Assembly (NCBI RefSeq): GCF_001194135.2
Contig: NC_068998.1
Span: 18,014,002-18,077,943 of the forward strand
From: Octopus bimaculoides
Lineage: Eukaryota
Direction of reading: 5' to 3'
DNA length: 63,942 bases
The notes under the pieces are model-generated. The model worked only from the letters and a program-made list of their open reading frames with translations. It searched no databases and was not told where the DNA came from. Every line of letters starts with the position of its first letter. The stretch's first letter is position 1. Made by a program: the position numbers and the translations under genes. This document shows, one piece after another, positions 23,450 through 36,445 of the stretch.

Positions 23450-24790
23450 AAAGGAGAACTAAGACATTATCTTTGTCATTGTTTAAAGCAGATTGTCAGC
23501 ACTGACAGAGCAAACTTATTTGCATAAACTTTGAAGGAGTTTGGCTGCTGAGTCAAGCACGTCAGTGGTTTGTGTGTTCTCTGGTAGCTGATCATTGATT
23601 TTGCTGGTTTGTTTTGTTGTTGCTGTTGTTGGCAATGGTCCCTGGCTTTTTGTTCTGTTTCCTTCATTCACAACTACAGTTTACCATGGGTAAATCAACC
23701 TCTTCTGTCTCTTCATTACTAGATGAGTATTTTGAGGAGGTGAAGAAGTCAGATGAGGTTGATCAAAAAGTTTTGTTGATGCCATTTGTCATCTCTTTTT
23801 TTTTTTTTTTGTTCTGAGAAGGACACTACTCAACTGTCAAACTCCTTAATACTCCTCTCCAGTATCTTAGAAAATTCAGCTTGAGTGGCTGCTGATATTA
23901 CTTCTACTGCACTTGTTAATTCTGCTGTTAATATTGTGTCTGTGGTGTCAACAACGCTGTAGATCCTTGTTGACTTGGCTTTTATTGTTGTTAGAAGCTT
24001 TCAGATAATCAATACTACCAGTTGTGTGGAATCTTGGTCTTCTACTTTCCACTATAATATGAAGTTAAGTGCAATTTGGTGGGTGGGGTCTATCTGGTTG
24101 GTTAATATCCTGGTTCCAGTTTTGCTTGAATCAGAACTTCAATGCCAATTGACTAGTCTTCTTGACAATATTTTCTCATAAGGAGCGAGTTCTCTTCATT
24201 TAGAAAAACACACACCACCAGCCATTGGATATTTAGTTCAGGCAATATATTTAAATTCTTTCACCTTTGACACTCACCAGAATGAGAGTAAATACGTCAC
24301 TTCTGCAAGGAGCTCTTCAGAGGAATTTCCCCTCCTCTCTTTCACATCACCTTGTGTAAATGACAAAGTATATATCACCCGCTATTTCTTGGAAATGTGT
24401 GGCTCTTTCCATTAGCCAGTTCTTCATGGGATCCCCTCTCAGCCCTGATGTTCTCTAGTTCATCGGCTCCTGGAGCTGGGGGCACTGAAGATGAAGCAAT
24501 TCCATTTCTTTCTTCTGATCTGGTTATCCTTGGAGTTGTAACTGGTTGTGACTATGAAACTGGTTGTGACTGTGGCTGCTGCTTGCTATTTTTACTGCTC
24601 CTACTATTTTTAGCTTTCCCTCTTCTCAGTAGAAGGTCTTTGCTACCACACTTGTAGCAACTAAGCATTTGTCTTGCACCGATCTCTTCTCTACTCTCAA
24701 TATGGTACAATTCCAGTATATCCTTGTGGTCTTACGGATCCACATGATGAGAGTCACTTCCACAAGCCCCACTAGCTCATACCGAGAAAA
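23450..24790 (-). pseudogene. Degenerate gag/ORF1-like coding remnant(s)
   Basis: Minus strand gives SCYKCGSKD, NILPELNIQWLV and an IVE..RPR..GSIDYL-like segment, resembling the ORF at 58280-61460; many stops. Confidence 0.45.
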
Positions 24791-25291
24791 CAATAACGAT
24801 TAGCAAAAATAATGATGGCAAATTAATTGTCGATTAAAAGCCAACGGAAATTCTTGGAATGCAATTTTTACAAATTTGTTTTCAACTGGTAGAGTTGTTG
24901 GAACGTGAGAATAAATGCTTCACAGTATTTTTTCCAACTCTTTACATTTTGATTTTGCATCTCATAGTGGTTAACGTTATCTTTCATCCTTCTAGGGTCG
25001 ATAAAATAAAGTACCCATCAAGTACTAAAGTCTAATTACTGGTATTGTTACTTAAATCAATAACAATTATTAATTAATTCATTTATTTATTTAATTATCT
25101 TTGCAAGAGCAGAGGAATCTACCTCGTGCTCCTATAACTCCTAGTTATTTCCTTTGTTACACTCTATTCTCAATTTCGTTCATTACAGAAAATTGCAGAG
25201 CCTTTCAATTTTTTACATACTTAGTCTGATGTAACAATGTTTATACTAGCTCTGATGATGGAAAGCCGAATACGATCACTCTGAAAACTAG

Positions 25292-25977
25292 GATCTTTTC
25301 TGTTTGGTTGCACCTGTGGAAATTTCAAAGTTTAATGAAAATTTAAAAAATTTGAAGTATTGATGTAATTTTCCACACTGAATCTCGGGAGATGTTTAAC
25401 TTTTTCCAGAAAGTTTTAGGAAAAAATTACAGAGGCTTAAAGTTTGATCATTTTTACCCAGTCAGAAAACAGGATTTGGAAGTTGTCATTTTGTGCTGAC
25501 AACACGTGTTGTCAACTGTAAGCAAATATTGGCGGAATTGTGCTTTACACACGCCATATAACCCCTCATAACTTCATTATTTTTTAGGAGTTTTCAGAAA
25601 ATTTTCGCGAATTTGCATTCTACACACAGGAATTCATATGATTATGCGAAAAAAATTTTTTTGCGTGATTTAAGGCCTATTTACCTATTATTTTAAGCAC
25701 ATCTCATAACCACCATATAATAAGCGAAAACTGACCGCGTGAGTAAACAGCTTGGCTTGTTACTATAGAAACATGTATGTGTCTGTGGCTTACAATTGAC
25801 TAAGATTATCCCAAATTTGCAAACTTTAAAAGCTATCAACTCTTTATTTATAGATTTATGGCGAAAATGAATTTCATGTCAATGATTTGTATACAAAACT
25901 ACATCATTTACACCTAATATGAAATCAATTGGAATAGAAATTGAAGAAACTGAAAAGTGGCAGCCAAACAAAAGATC
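25292..25977. mobile_element. Possible non-autonomous DNA transposon with imperfect ~20-bp TIRs
   Basis: Left GATCTTTTCTGTTTGGTTGC vs right GCAGCCAAACAAAAGATC; no clear TSD. Confidence 0.4.
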
Positions 25978-26244
25978 TGGAAACTATTTTTTAATAATGT
26001 CGATCAGCGCTATACGCGTTAACGTTGTTCATACTGGTCAAACTGTGATTTACAGTTTGACAAGCGCCAAATTTTTCAGATGATGATGAAAGTGATAATG
26101 ACAAAAACGATGTCTTTAATTTATACGACTTCCTAAACTTTCGCCAAGAAAGGCGTTGATGACAGCGATGATCAGGATATCACGAAAAAAAAAAAAAAAA
26201 AAAAAAAGTCGTGGCTTAGGAGCCAGCTACATCAAATCTGAAAA

Positions 26245-27000
26245 TATGGTGACCGGGAAAAAACGTCACAGAAAAACATGGCACTTTTAACTGGGGAAAA
26301 AACGCCACAGAAAAACACCGTACTTTTAACGGGAAAAAAAATCACTGGAAAAAAGTCTCATACGATAAACAATTAAAGCAAAACAAAAAACATTTTATAT
26401 TAGTTATCAACTGATAATACATGACTTGTTCACAATTTATATATGATGGTAGTACACATATGTGAAAAAAAAATCAAATCTTTTATTCAATTTCTGAAGT
26501 AAAATAAGACAATGAAACAAAGAATTTAAATCAGTCATATATTTACAATATATGACGTACAATATGAGACCATCTTACATATTAACATTAGATGTATTTT
26601 CAATATTTTTAATGTTGATGAATAAGACAATATTCTAGGTGCCGTCACGGAGAAGCTCTGTCACAGTCTTGAGGTATCCCGGATTTTCTTTCTTTTCTGT
26701 TACTTTTTCTTTGCTGGATTCGAAAATATTTCAAATGACGAAACTGACGACGAAGTGAATGTGATCGATAAATCTCCACAAGTTCTGCTGTCCCTGAAAA
26801 GTCGATATCTTTTGAGCTGAATCAAAACAATCGATTTTGATTTCATAAATTTTTTTTTTTAATTGGTAAGGAGTCTACTGAATGGTTGAACTTTTATTCT
26901 TGGTTTGCTTATGATACTAATAGGTATTAAGCTATCTGTTGCCTTTGTAAACTGTTCATGCATAGTAACATTTTTTTTTTCTTTTGAAACCTGGGTAAAG
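26245..27000 (-). mobile_element. MULE-like transposase C-terminal remnant with subterminal repeats
   Basis: Minus strand NLWRFID and QDCDRA...NIV motifs; repeated GGAAAAAA(C/A)(G)TCACAG-like units at 26245-26360. Confidence 0.45.
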
Positions 27001-27229
27001 TCAAACTGGTAGCTAAAGCATGCGAGAAGTGTTTGTCATCATGAGCAGGCCATAGTGAAGTGAAAAGAGTAGCGAGCGAATGCAAAAAGTACAAAATGTC
27101 GATATTAGGTCAAATGAATATTGTGTAAAAGCAGCAACTAGCGCAGAACCGAGAAAATCATTATTGAAACTTTGTTGTTTCACAATCAGTTCAGCGAGGT
27201 CACGCAGTTACTTAAGGTGAAGGTTCTGA

Positions 27230-28830
27230 TATGAAATGAGGTAAAGTTTCAGAGCTTCGGCAAAATTACAAAACATATTTCCAAGCCTACCACTTGTTTG
27301 GTTATACACCAGTCAATCTAATTAATCGATTCACGTTCACGTAAGTGTTAATGCCTCTTATTTCTCGTAGCTGGCCTTTGCTTATATGGCAGTGTAGTTG
27401 GGCCGTAATTCTAGTTAATGAAATATTAGAGGTCAATTCTGAGTCCAGTGTGTCACAATACACCTCATATTCATCACTGGAAGAGAAATCTGTCAAAGAA
27501 AGTGTTCTCTATGAATTAGTCAAAAATATTCTCAGGAAGCTGGTGATAAAATTGCTGGAAAATGTTTTCATGGTGCAGAAAGTATGGGCCGAGTTCTTTA
27601 CAAGTTTGACAATAAAAATAATGTGATGTTTGGACACGATTTAAATCTTACTAAGATGCAATAACACATACCAAACCACTTCGTTACACTTTGGGGACTA
27701 TTCAGAACCTTGACAACTTTCTCAGGATCTGACACAAACAATATGCTTTCATTGAAGAATAGACCTTGCAGATATTTATATATCTAAATGTAATAAGGTA
27801 GTCTTGTGGATATGAAATAGTGAAAACTGTGGTAGAGTAAATACATCGTATCGTAACGATATTGTTGTTTGACTCGAGAAATGATCACTGTAATCCGAAT
27901 ATCAAACAATGTACTGATAGCAGTGCATTACTGAATGCTAAATGCAGTTTTAACCTCTTAATTGTCAAACATAAGTATCAACGACAAATATCTCCAGGAA
28001 AAGGAACTGTTGGTATTGTAACAACTAAGAGAACAGCTGCAACAACCATGAAAACCCTCACCTGCAGAAATGAATAAAAATTTGAAGATGTTTGGAAATG
28101 CGCTAAAAACTATGGTGAAAACCATACATGATTCTCGTTCGTATAAGCAAGAGATTCACGGAAAAATATGTCTTATCAAGCCTTAGTTGATGAGTTAGCA
28201 ACAGAAGTCCCACTGGATCAAATTGCCAAAGATTAACATAGTATTGCATAAGGATATTCTGGAAAAGGATGGAATTTCATGTAGTTCCTCCAGTATATTT
28301 GAAAGAACAGAATCAGAGTGTACATACATAAAAGACAAGAAAAAGAAAACGCCATCAAAAATGTTACAAATCAAACCTTCCCTATGCATTGAAGCAAGTT
28401 ATGGAAAAGATTAAAAGAATAAAGTGGTAAATAAGACTCATGGTATAATAACGAGAAATTCAAAGGAGTTATGGTTAGTCATGTTACAAAGGCGAACTAA
28501 CTCATAAAATCAAAAGCGTATTAGACGAGGTGAAACTTAAAATTAAAGTAACTGAAATGAAGCAAATCCATTCGATCACAAATAAGTAAGACAGCCTTTT
28601 AATAACAGCTTTAAAGTATGCAAAATGAATCCAAAGATAAATTGTAAAACTAGAAATGTAATATAACCCATGAAATGCTCAGAAGAAGAATTCAAGAACA
28701 AACAACATAACTTACATACGGAAAACGGCTCGTGGCATAACAGCAATAATGAAGTAACACTGGCGCAAATATAAGTACCTAGGTACTCCACCAACATGCA
28801 AACGAGAAACATGACGGCTTGATTAACAAC
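27230..28830 (+). mobile_element. Degenerate hAT transposase
   Basis: Frame-broken motifs ESVLYELVKNIL, GKCFHGAESMG (cf. GQCYDGAxxMSG), GHDLNL (cf. AHxLNL), GTIQNLDNF/SGS, SALLNA. Confidence 0.5.
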
Positions 28831-29799
28831 ATTGATGTAAAATTTTTATCAATATAACCATATGACTTTACAGAAAAAGCGATATTCATATTAAAGATGG
28901 AAAATAATTCTGCAACCACGAAACCTTAAAGACATATATCCCATCACCACCACTATACATGTGCGTATGTGTGCATAAGTGTACGTGTGTGTATGTGTAT
29001 GTTTGCGTATGTATGTGTGAGTCAACGTACATATATGTGACGATAAGTTTATAAACATGATTATGATAACTTTGCTGTGAAAACAAAAGTCAAAATGTTA
29101 AGTATTCAAAATCACCGATGAACTGACTAACTTCCAAACAGTGACACACATGAATATATAACATACAATATATAACGTACACATACACGCGGACACTGAC
29201 CACGCAAAGTAAAAAAAGAAGCATTAAATAAAACTGCACACGCGCGCGCACACACACAATCAAAAGCTTCACAATAAATATTGAGGAAAATACTGGCAAA
29301 TCAGTTTGCAACAGAAGAGCAGATGCGAGTAAGTTGTTGATAATGTTGAAGATTGTGACAAAAGCACTCTGATGAACCAAATGGTTTATTGAGCAAACAA
29401 TTGATTAGTTAATTAGTTAATTTTCTGAGTGGCGATAATAACAAAGAGAACTGAAATATGCAACACGAACCCGCATGTTTTTTCTTCTTTTATTTTGCTT
29501 TTGCAGAATGATCCACTCAAAGCACAGCAACTCTTTCAACACAATTTCACATCATGAACCTTGCAAAGCAAATACAAAATGTGCGTGTGTTTATGTATGT
29601 GCGTGTGTGTATGTGTGTGTGGTTGTGTTTGTGTAGTGTGTAAGTAAGTGTTCATGTGTGTGCCTCTGTGTGTGTGTGTGTGTGTGTGTGTGTTTGTAAG
29701 CGTGTGTGTGTGTCTGTGTGTGCGCGAATACACAGACATCTCAAAAATAAACAGACACTATCGTGTTAGAAATATTCCTCGAGACAAAATAATGTTATG

Positions 29800-30314
29800 A
29801 CATGGAAAAATGCGAGCATGGAAAGTAATATTCTTAAGATTATAAACCTGGAAAAGTACAGGACAAGTTATTACACCTGGAAAAGTATAGGACAAACTAT
29901 TACTTCAAGTAAAGTAAAGAATAAGAAACTTTTTACTTAAAATATTGCAGCAAAGAATGACAGTTCTTCTAATTTATCACTCTTTACAGTTCACATCTTT
30001 TAAATTTATTGTACAAAATTGTTCAGCTAATTTGTAAGTTTGTCTAATTAGTCATTTTTTTCTCTATTTTAGGTAGTAAATTAGCCAGATTCTACTTAAA
30101 TAAGTATAGTGTTATTTGTAAACTATAATAAAATATATTTTAATATTCAAATTTTAATTTTAGCTGCAATATTTTACGTAAAAAGTTTCTTATTCTTTAC
30201 TTTACTAGAAGTAATAGCTTGTCCTATACTTTTACAGGTGTAATAACTTGTCCTGTACTTTTCCAGGTTTATAATCTTAAGAATATGACTTTTCATGCTC
30301 ACATTTTTCCATGT
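29800..30314. mobile_element. Foldback/MITE with ~152-bp TIRs
   Basis: 29800-29951 is the reverse complement of 30163-30314 with about ten mismatches; each arm has two 29-bp direct repeats. Confidence 0.85.
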
Positions 30315-31265
30315 AAGCCGTGATTCTTCCAGGCATTACTGTTATAAGATAATTAATAATGAGTCAATTAGTAAACTAAGATTTTACCTTATAAAATACT
30401 GAAAGATAATATTTCAATTTTTTTCATATTTAATTTAAATATACGTTGTGATTGAATTATTTGATATAACCCATCCACACCAAATTAATGGCAGGGATTT
30501 TTACCATGTTCTTGGTTGCACCATGGCTCACGAAAAGTTACAAACAACAAGATCCCAAAACCATCAGTTACCAGGTTCACCTTAAGTAACCTAATTTTGC
30601 AATATTAGGTCACAGGAATTCAATCAACGAAAAAAAATTCCAATGATTCCGGGATTGGGGGGACTCTGCTCATTTTTTCTGAACCAAAATAAGGGATTTG
30701 CAGCATTTTAGGAGGTCAGTGTACTTGATTCCACGCAAAAAATCAATTTTTTTTTCTTTGTGAAAATCGTGTGGATTTTAGAAATTGAACATAATGTTGT
30801 TATTTAGCCTCAAATCAACCCTGATACTGCAAACGTATCATCAAAGACATTCCAGCCTTCAGCAAACCGTCTTTTCAGGGATAATCTAAGACATTACATA
30901 CAATGGGCGTGTGATTTAGGTAGGGGGATTCTTTGGCTGCTATTTTTAGCGTGTCGAGCGACCAGGTAGAGGCTCTTTCATTGGTTCGATTGCGTGATGA
31001 GATTGTTTTACACATATATGTAATATGTATATATATCATCGGCAGAAGTTAGAGAGTAAGTCAAAAGCTGAGAGTTTCGTGTATTAGCACTTATCAAACA
31101 CAAATTTGTCCATTGTACCTCTGTAACTTCTGACGAAATATCTTCTAAAATACAAAATTTTGTCAAAAACGTTAAGAGTAAACCCTGTTCTACGTGACAC
31201 ATTCTACCAGTATCGGAAGTTTGAAAGTGCTTAGTTAAAAAAAAAATTAACTAAATAATCTGTAC

Positions 31266-31371
31266 GTCAAAGTCGACCTCGGTCAAATTTGAACTCAGAA
31301 CTTAAAGAAAGATGAAATACCGTTATGCAGTTCGCCCCGTGCGATAACGTTTCTGCCAGCTAGTCGCTTTA
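31266..31371 (-). mobile_element. SINE family A 5' fragment
   Basis: AAAGTCGACCTCGG, TTTGAACTCAGAAC, TTCTGCCAGCT. Confidence 0.75.
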
Positions 31372-32249
31372 GAATGCAAGTATTCATTTTAGAAATATAT
31401 TCTTTATTCTTATTGCTTGGGCGTTACTCCATTACTTCCTTACTTATTGACATTAAATTTCGTAACATTTTACCTCATAACTATTTTTCTACTAAGTTTT
31501 GTTCAATTCGACTAACGATTCTGAATTCCTCATGCATTTTCTTATCATTTAAGCCTTTACTTTTAATTTAAAATTAAAACTTTTATGTTAATTGAAGATG
31601 AATATCTGCCTTACTGCCCACTTGAGGTCTGACATATTGATGTAACTTTTTTTTCTACTGAACCAAATCTCAAACTATTTATGCCAAAGTGTAGCTGAGG
31701 AAGTGTCCTCTTTAAAACTATTAACAGTTTTCAATTTAGCTGAGAAATGAATTAGTGGTGAAGCTTGGAAGTTGCTGCGATTGACGAAATGGTAGACTTA
31801 AGAATATATTCAACCACCACCGTGGTTGAATGATTTAGTAGTAGCATGGGGCATGCTGTAATAGCACTTCGTGGCGTTCCCCCATTTGCTGGTGATTCCC
31901 TACTCCTGGCGGATGATACCTTTCCACCAAGCAGGCAACAACCCTCTAATCCATGGGGTCTGTTCTGGGCAGTCGCTTTTGGGGAGGGTTTTTGTTTTTT
32001 TGCGAGGTTGGAGTACAAATCCTACTTCAACCTCTTTTAGTCGTCCTCTTACAACACACAGAGGAAACGTTGGGTGTATTCTTTGACATGCCGGTCACCA
32101 CGTAGCATTTATGCTATTTGATGTATTTAGTAGACTTAATTGTGCTGTTTTTAATGATTTAACCCGTTAGTGCATCGTACTAATGATTAATGTTTGAACA
32201 AGTAAAACTGTACAGTGATAGTTTTTTTCCCGATGTCCCACATAAGTGC

Positions 32250-32925
32250 TACTGGTAACATGGAATCCAGTACAACTTGCTGCATGGTTGGATCATCAGC
32301 AACTAAACCAGCAACCTCATAAGGCTTGCCTGATAAGAAGGGTTGCTAGAAACACAGCAGGAATAAAAACAAGACCTGTCAAAAGGACGGATGGACCTAG
32401 TGTAGGTTCAACGACTATCTAGCAATAGCACAGGTCCTCAGATATTCTGGGTAGGTGTCCAGCGTGCAGTAAGACCACTGGAAATGAGGTACTCCTCAGC
32501 TTTCGTTAAAGTGTGTCTCTAGGAGAAGGTCACTCTGATATAAAAAGATATGCAGGGAATGGCACTGGACATTTTGCGGCTCTTTTTCTTGTACTTGAGG
32601 TCATAGCGCACCCACATTGCTGAGCCTGTGGCCCATATTGCCGCTGGACATCTTGCTCTGGCTTGCCTCTGGATCGAGTCAGTAGAGTGGAGAAAGTCTG
32701 TGAGGTGTTGTGCAAGCCTTATTGGACCTTGGTTGTTCGATCGCTGGCGAGGCAACTTTCAGATACCCAGTTGAATATGCAGGTGTCGCAGCGAGTATGA
32801 AAGCCGCGGGTGCCAACCTGGGTGAAGATGACCGCAGGTGCAATCATCTTATGCACGGGCATTACTGACGTTTTACATGGACAATGGTCAGTGATGGTCT
32901 TCCTAGGTCACTAGTAAACAGCCAT
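32250..32925. repeat. GC-richer unclassified segment, probably retroposon-derived
   Basis: Sharp compositional contrast with the flanks; ends in (TA)n; no recognisable protein motif. Confidence 0.3.
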
Positions 32926-34554
32926 CATATATATATANNNNNNNNNNNNNNNNNNNNNNNNNNNNNNNNNNNNNNNNNNNNNNNNNNNNNNNNNNNNNAT
33001 GAAATGTAACGTGTCTTGAATGGTACAACAATGCAGAGTGGACTATAATAGCTGTTATAAATAATTTAATTATTCATAGTCTAATATAATATTTCGGAAT
33101 TCCTTCTTCAGATATTGCTAGGAATTAATGGAGTCACTGTTATAATCAGTTTTCCGTCTTCCAAATTTTTGATCTCTCATTTCAGACAGTGTAGAAAAAG
33201 TGGAAGAGAAGATAAAAAAATAAAAATGGTGATGACCCGAGGCAATAGTAGAAGCCATTTGTCGCGCAGTGGGATTGAACCACGTGTTTGCAAAGCGAGC
33301 TTCATACACACACACACACACACACACACATACATACATGCGAATATATGAATGCGTGTGTCTCAGTATATAAGGGTTGCCAAACGAGTTAGGTAAGAAA
33401 ACTAGACTTATTGTTAATCAATGAGAAGACTATTAAATTAATATAAACAACAAGAAAGACAACAACGTGACCGCATAATCTATCACAATCCAATCACCAC
33501 CACCGACGTCTCCAACAGAAACAGTAGTAACGGCAACAATAACAATAGCTATTGATGCCCACTTTTTGCTGATAACCTTTGTTGGTGAGAAGCAGACTAC
33601 TGTCGACTTTTTGAAAGACAGCATAGTCGTAATATTAAATGATGCGTTGCAAAGACTAGACTTAGCCTTTAGAGCCAGAAGGCCAGAAGATAATTCAGTC
33701 CCGAATATCTGTTAACTTGAAAAAAGAAAAAAGAAAAAATCCACAAAACTCAAGAGAAATCCACAAAGTAATAGTGATCACGTACCCAGTGCGGTACTGC
33801 TATTACCACACACAGACACAGACACACACACACAGACACACACACACCACAGCACAGCACACCACACACAAAATGTCCTGGACAGCTGGCGAAAGAAAGC
33901 TATGCGATCGAATGGTATTGACTCATTTCTCAAACAAATTCCAGCCGTTGGCTTGTAGATATGCACTATTTCTCACTCTACTTCTTCTTCTATCGCTACT
34001 ACATCGATCTCGTCTCCTTTGAACGAGTTAGTTATCTCATCCTCCCCAAACTGTCCAAAACATATCTGACTCACGACTCACCGCTTCACTTCGCCGGTTC
34101 TGACTCATATCTCGTCTCCATACTAGCTACTTTAACACAAGAACGTCATCTCTTTTAGAGTCCTTTTATGCCTATGTTTCTCCAGCAGACGTTGTTCACT
34201 TACAGTTAATTTAATTGAAGTATAGGAAAGGCTGTCTATGTATGTATGTATGTATGCATGTATATATGTATGTATATATGTATGTAGAACTAACTGCAGA
34301 ACTCGAAGTAGATAAAGCTATAAATACTAAACATAAAGACGATTAATTTTACGTACTCTCGAAGTTTCTAAATTCTTATGACAAATATTCTATAATTATA
34401 TACATAATTATAATCAGGGCTCATCTAATTGCTCCGCCACGCACTGATTTAGAAATAGGAGCTCATTTTGCGAATGTGAAAGACTAGATCCCTTCGCTTC
34501 TATTACGGAAACATTGAAAACAGAGAAGGATATTTTTAAAATTAAAATCGAAAG

Positions 34555-34620
34555 TTAAATGTTTGTTTTTTAATGCTTAAATGTTTGTTTTTTAATGCTT
34601 AAATGTTTGTTTTTTTAAGC
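34555..34620. repeat. 22-bp tandem repeat x3
   Basis: TTAAATGTTTGTTTTTTAATGC repeated. Confidence 0.9.
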
Positions 34621-34645
34621 ATATTTTGTTCACTCTTATTTTCAC

Positions 34646-35045
34646 ACTAGCTGTTTTTCCCGGTTTCACTCGGGCAGTGTGGTGGATTTGGTTAAAGGCT
34701 ATTTCCTATGTATATTTTGAATAATAAAAAGAACTAAAAATAAAAAAAACAAAAATTCCAAAAACAAAAAAAAGTAAGAACAACCCAAAAACAATNNNNN
34801 NNNNNAAAGTTGCCCCTCCCCACTTTGAATGGGATATTCCTATCTTAAAATGTAATAATCGATTATCTCGGTAACCATGGGAGTTGGAGGGCAATAAAAA
34901 TTTCCTGAACATGAGCGGACCATGCTGCCGCTCTGTGCTGAATTTCACGCGATTCCACTGCACCGTTCTCGAGTGAATCTGCCGACACTCAGTCAATCAA
35001 TCAATCAATCAAGCAATCAAGAACACTGCAATTTATAGTATAGAT
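34646..35045 (+). mobile_element. Non-autonomous Helitron/Helentron-like element
   Basis: Starts ACTAGCTG...CCCGGTTTCACTCGGG (short hairpin), has an internal (TCAA)n and ends TTTATAGTATAGAT, an architecture known from invertebrate non-autonomous rolling-circle elements. Confidence 0.55.
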
Positions 35046-36269
35046 GTAACACATAAATATGTACATCATTTGGAACATTATCATTTTATAAGTTTTTGTT
35101 GGCAAATTCTTAAATTAACATAAATATTTATTTACATGACAGAAAATTCTTCCAAATCTTTCTGTTAAAAATTGTAATGTGTTTATCGCATGTAATGTGT
35201 TGTTTATCGCATTTGCATTAAATGCATATTGAATGCTTAAATGTTTGTTTACCCATTTCTTTTTGTCATTGAGCATTAAGGCGGTTGTGTTGTGTGCTAA
35301 AAATAACAGCTTAATAAGATTTTGGGGATAAATCTTTTAAATTAGCATAAACATTTATTTACATGAAAGAAAATTACCATGACATAACGTCCTTGACGCG
35401 ACGCTGGTCCGTCGCAGGCGAGCTGCTAGACGCAGGAGGAAAAAGTGAGAGAAAGTTGTGNNNNNNNNNNNNNNNNNNNNNNNNNNNNNNNNNNNNNNNN
35501 NNNNNNNNNNNNNNNNNNNNNNNNNNNNNNNNNNNNNNNNNNNNNNNNNNNNNNNNNNNNNNNNNNNNNNNNNNNNNNNNNNNNNNNNNNNNNNNNNNNN
35601 NNNNNNNNNNNNNNNNNNNNNNNNNNNNNNNNNNNNNNNNNNNNNNNNNNNNNNNNNNNNNNNNNNNNNNNNNNNNNNNNNNNNNNNNNNNNNNNNNNNN
35701 NNNNNNNNNNNNNNNNNNNNNNNNNNNNNNNNNNNNNNNNNNNNNNNNNNNNNNNNNNNNNNNNNNNNNNNNNNNNNNNNNNNNNNNNNNNNNNNNNNNN
35801 NNNNNNNNNNNNNNNNNNNNNNNNNNNNNNNNNNNNNNNNNNNNNNNNNNNNNNNNNNNNNNNNNNNNNNNNNNNNNNNNNNNNNNAAAAAAAAAAAAAA
35901 AAAGTAATATCAGTCATTGACTGATGTTTTTTATTCACCATATACTTGTTTCTATTTGGCTTTGTTCTTTGTATTAAATATATTAACATCAACTTTAATA
36001 ATAATTGCTCTTTTATAGCAACATTTAACTTTCTTTTGGTTGTAGATCACTATACTTTTCATATGACTTCTTTCTTGTTAAAACTAGATTCGATGCTACA
36101 AACACTAATATTGTTGTGAACGTAACGAGTTATTTATGACCTTTTCGAACCGATATAAACTCACAAAAGAAATTAATCTTCTCGTAAATCTCGAAGAAAG
36201 CTAATAATCTCACTTTCTCAACTGTCTAACATCTGTGTATCTATAGAATAAAAATAAAAACAAAAATAA

Positions 36270-36445
36270 AAGATCCACGCGGCTTCGGCAGAAGGTAAGG
36301 GCAAGCCTCTGCTGACTCTTTCGCCACAACTTTCTCTCGTTCTTTCCTCCTGCATTTAGCAGCTCACTTGAGACGGAGCGGCGTCCCGTCCAGGTGGGGA
36401 ACCTATACGCCAATGAAACCGGGAAGCCGGCCCTCATCTCTTCAT
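36270..36445 (+). mobile_element. SINE fragment, central domain C2 + tail T2
   Basis: C2 matches the reverse complement of ~5885-5965; an inverted partial copy lies at 35385-35460. Confidence 0.6.

Noticed and set aside
25245-25292. Hammerhead-like CTGATGA...GAAAACTAG
   Set aside because: Stem II is only ~3 bp, and the cleavage site and 3' strand of stem I are missing; at most a decayed relic.
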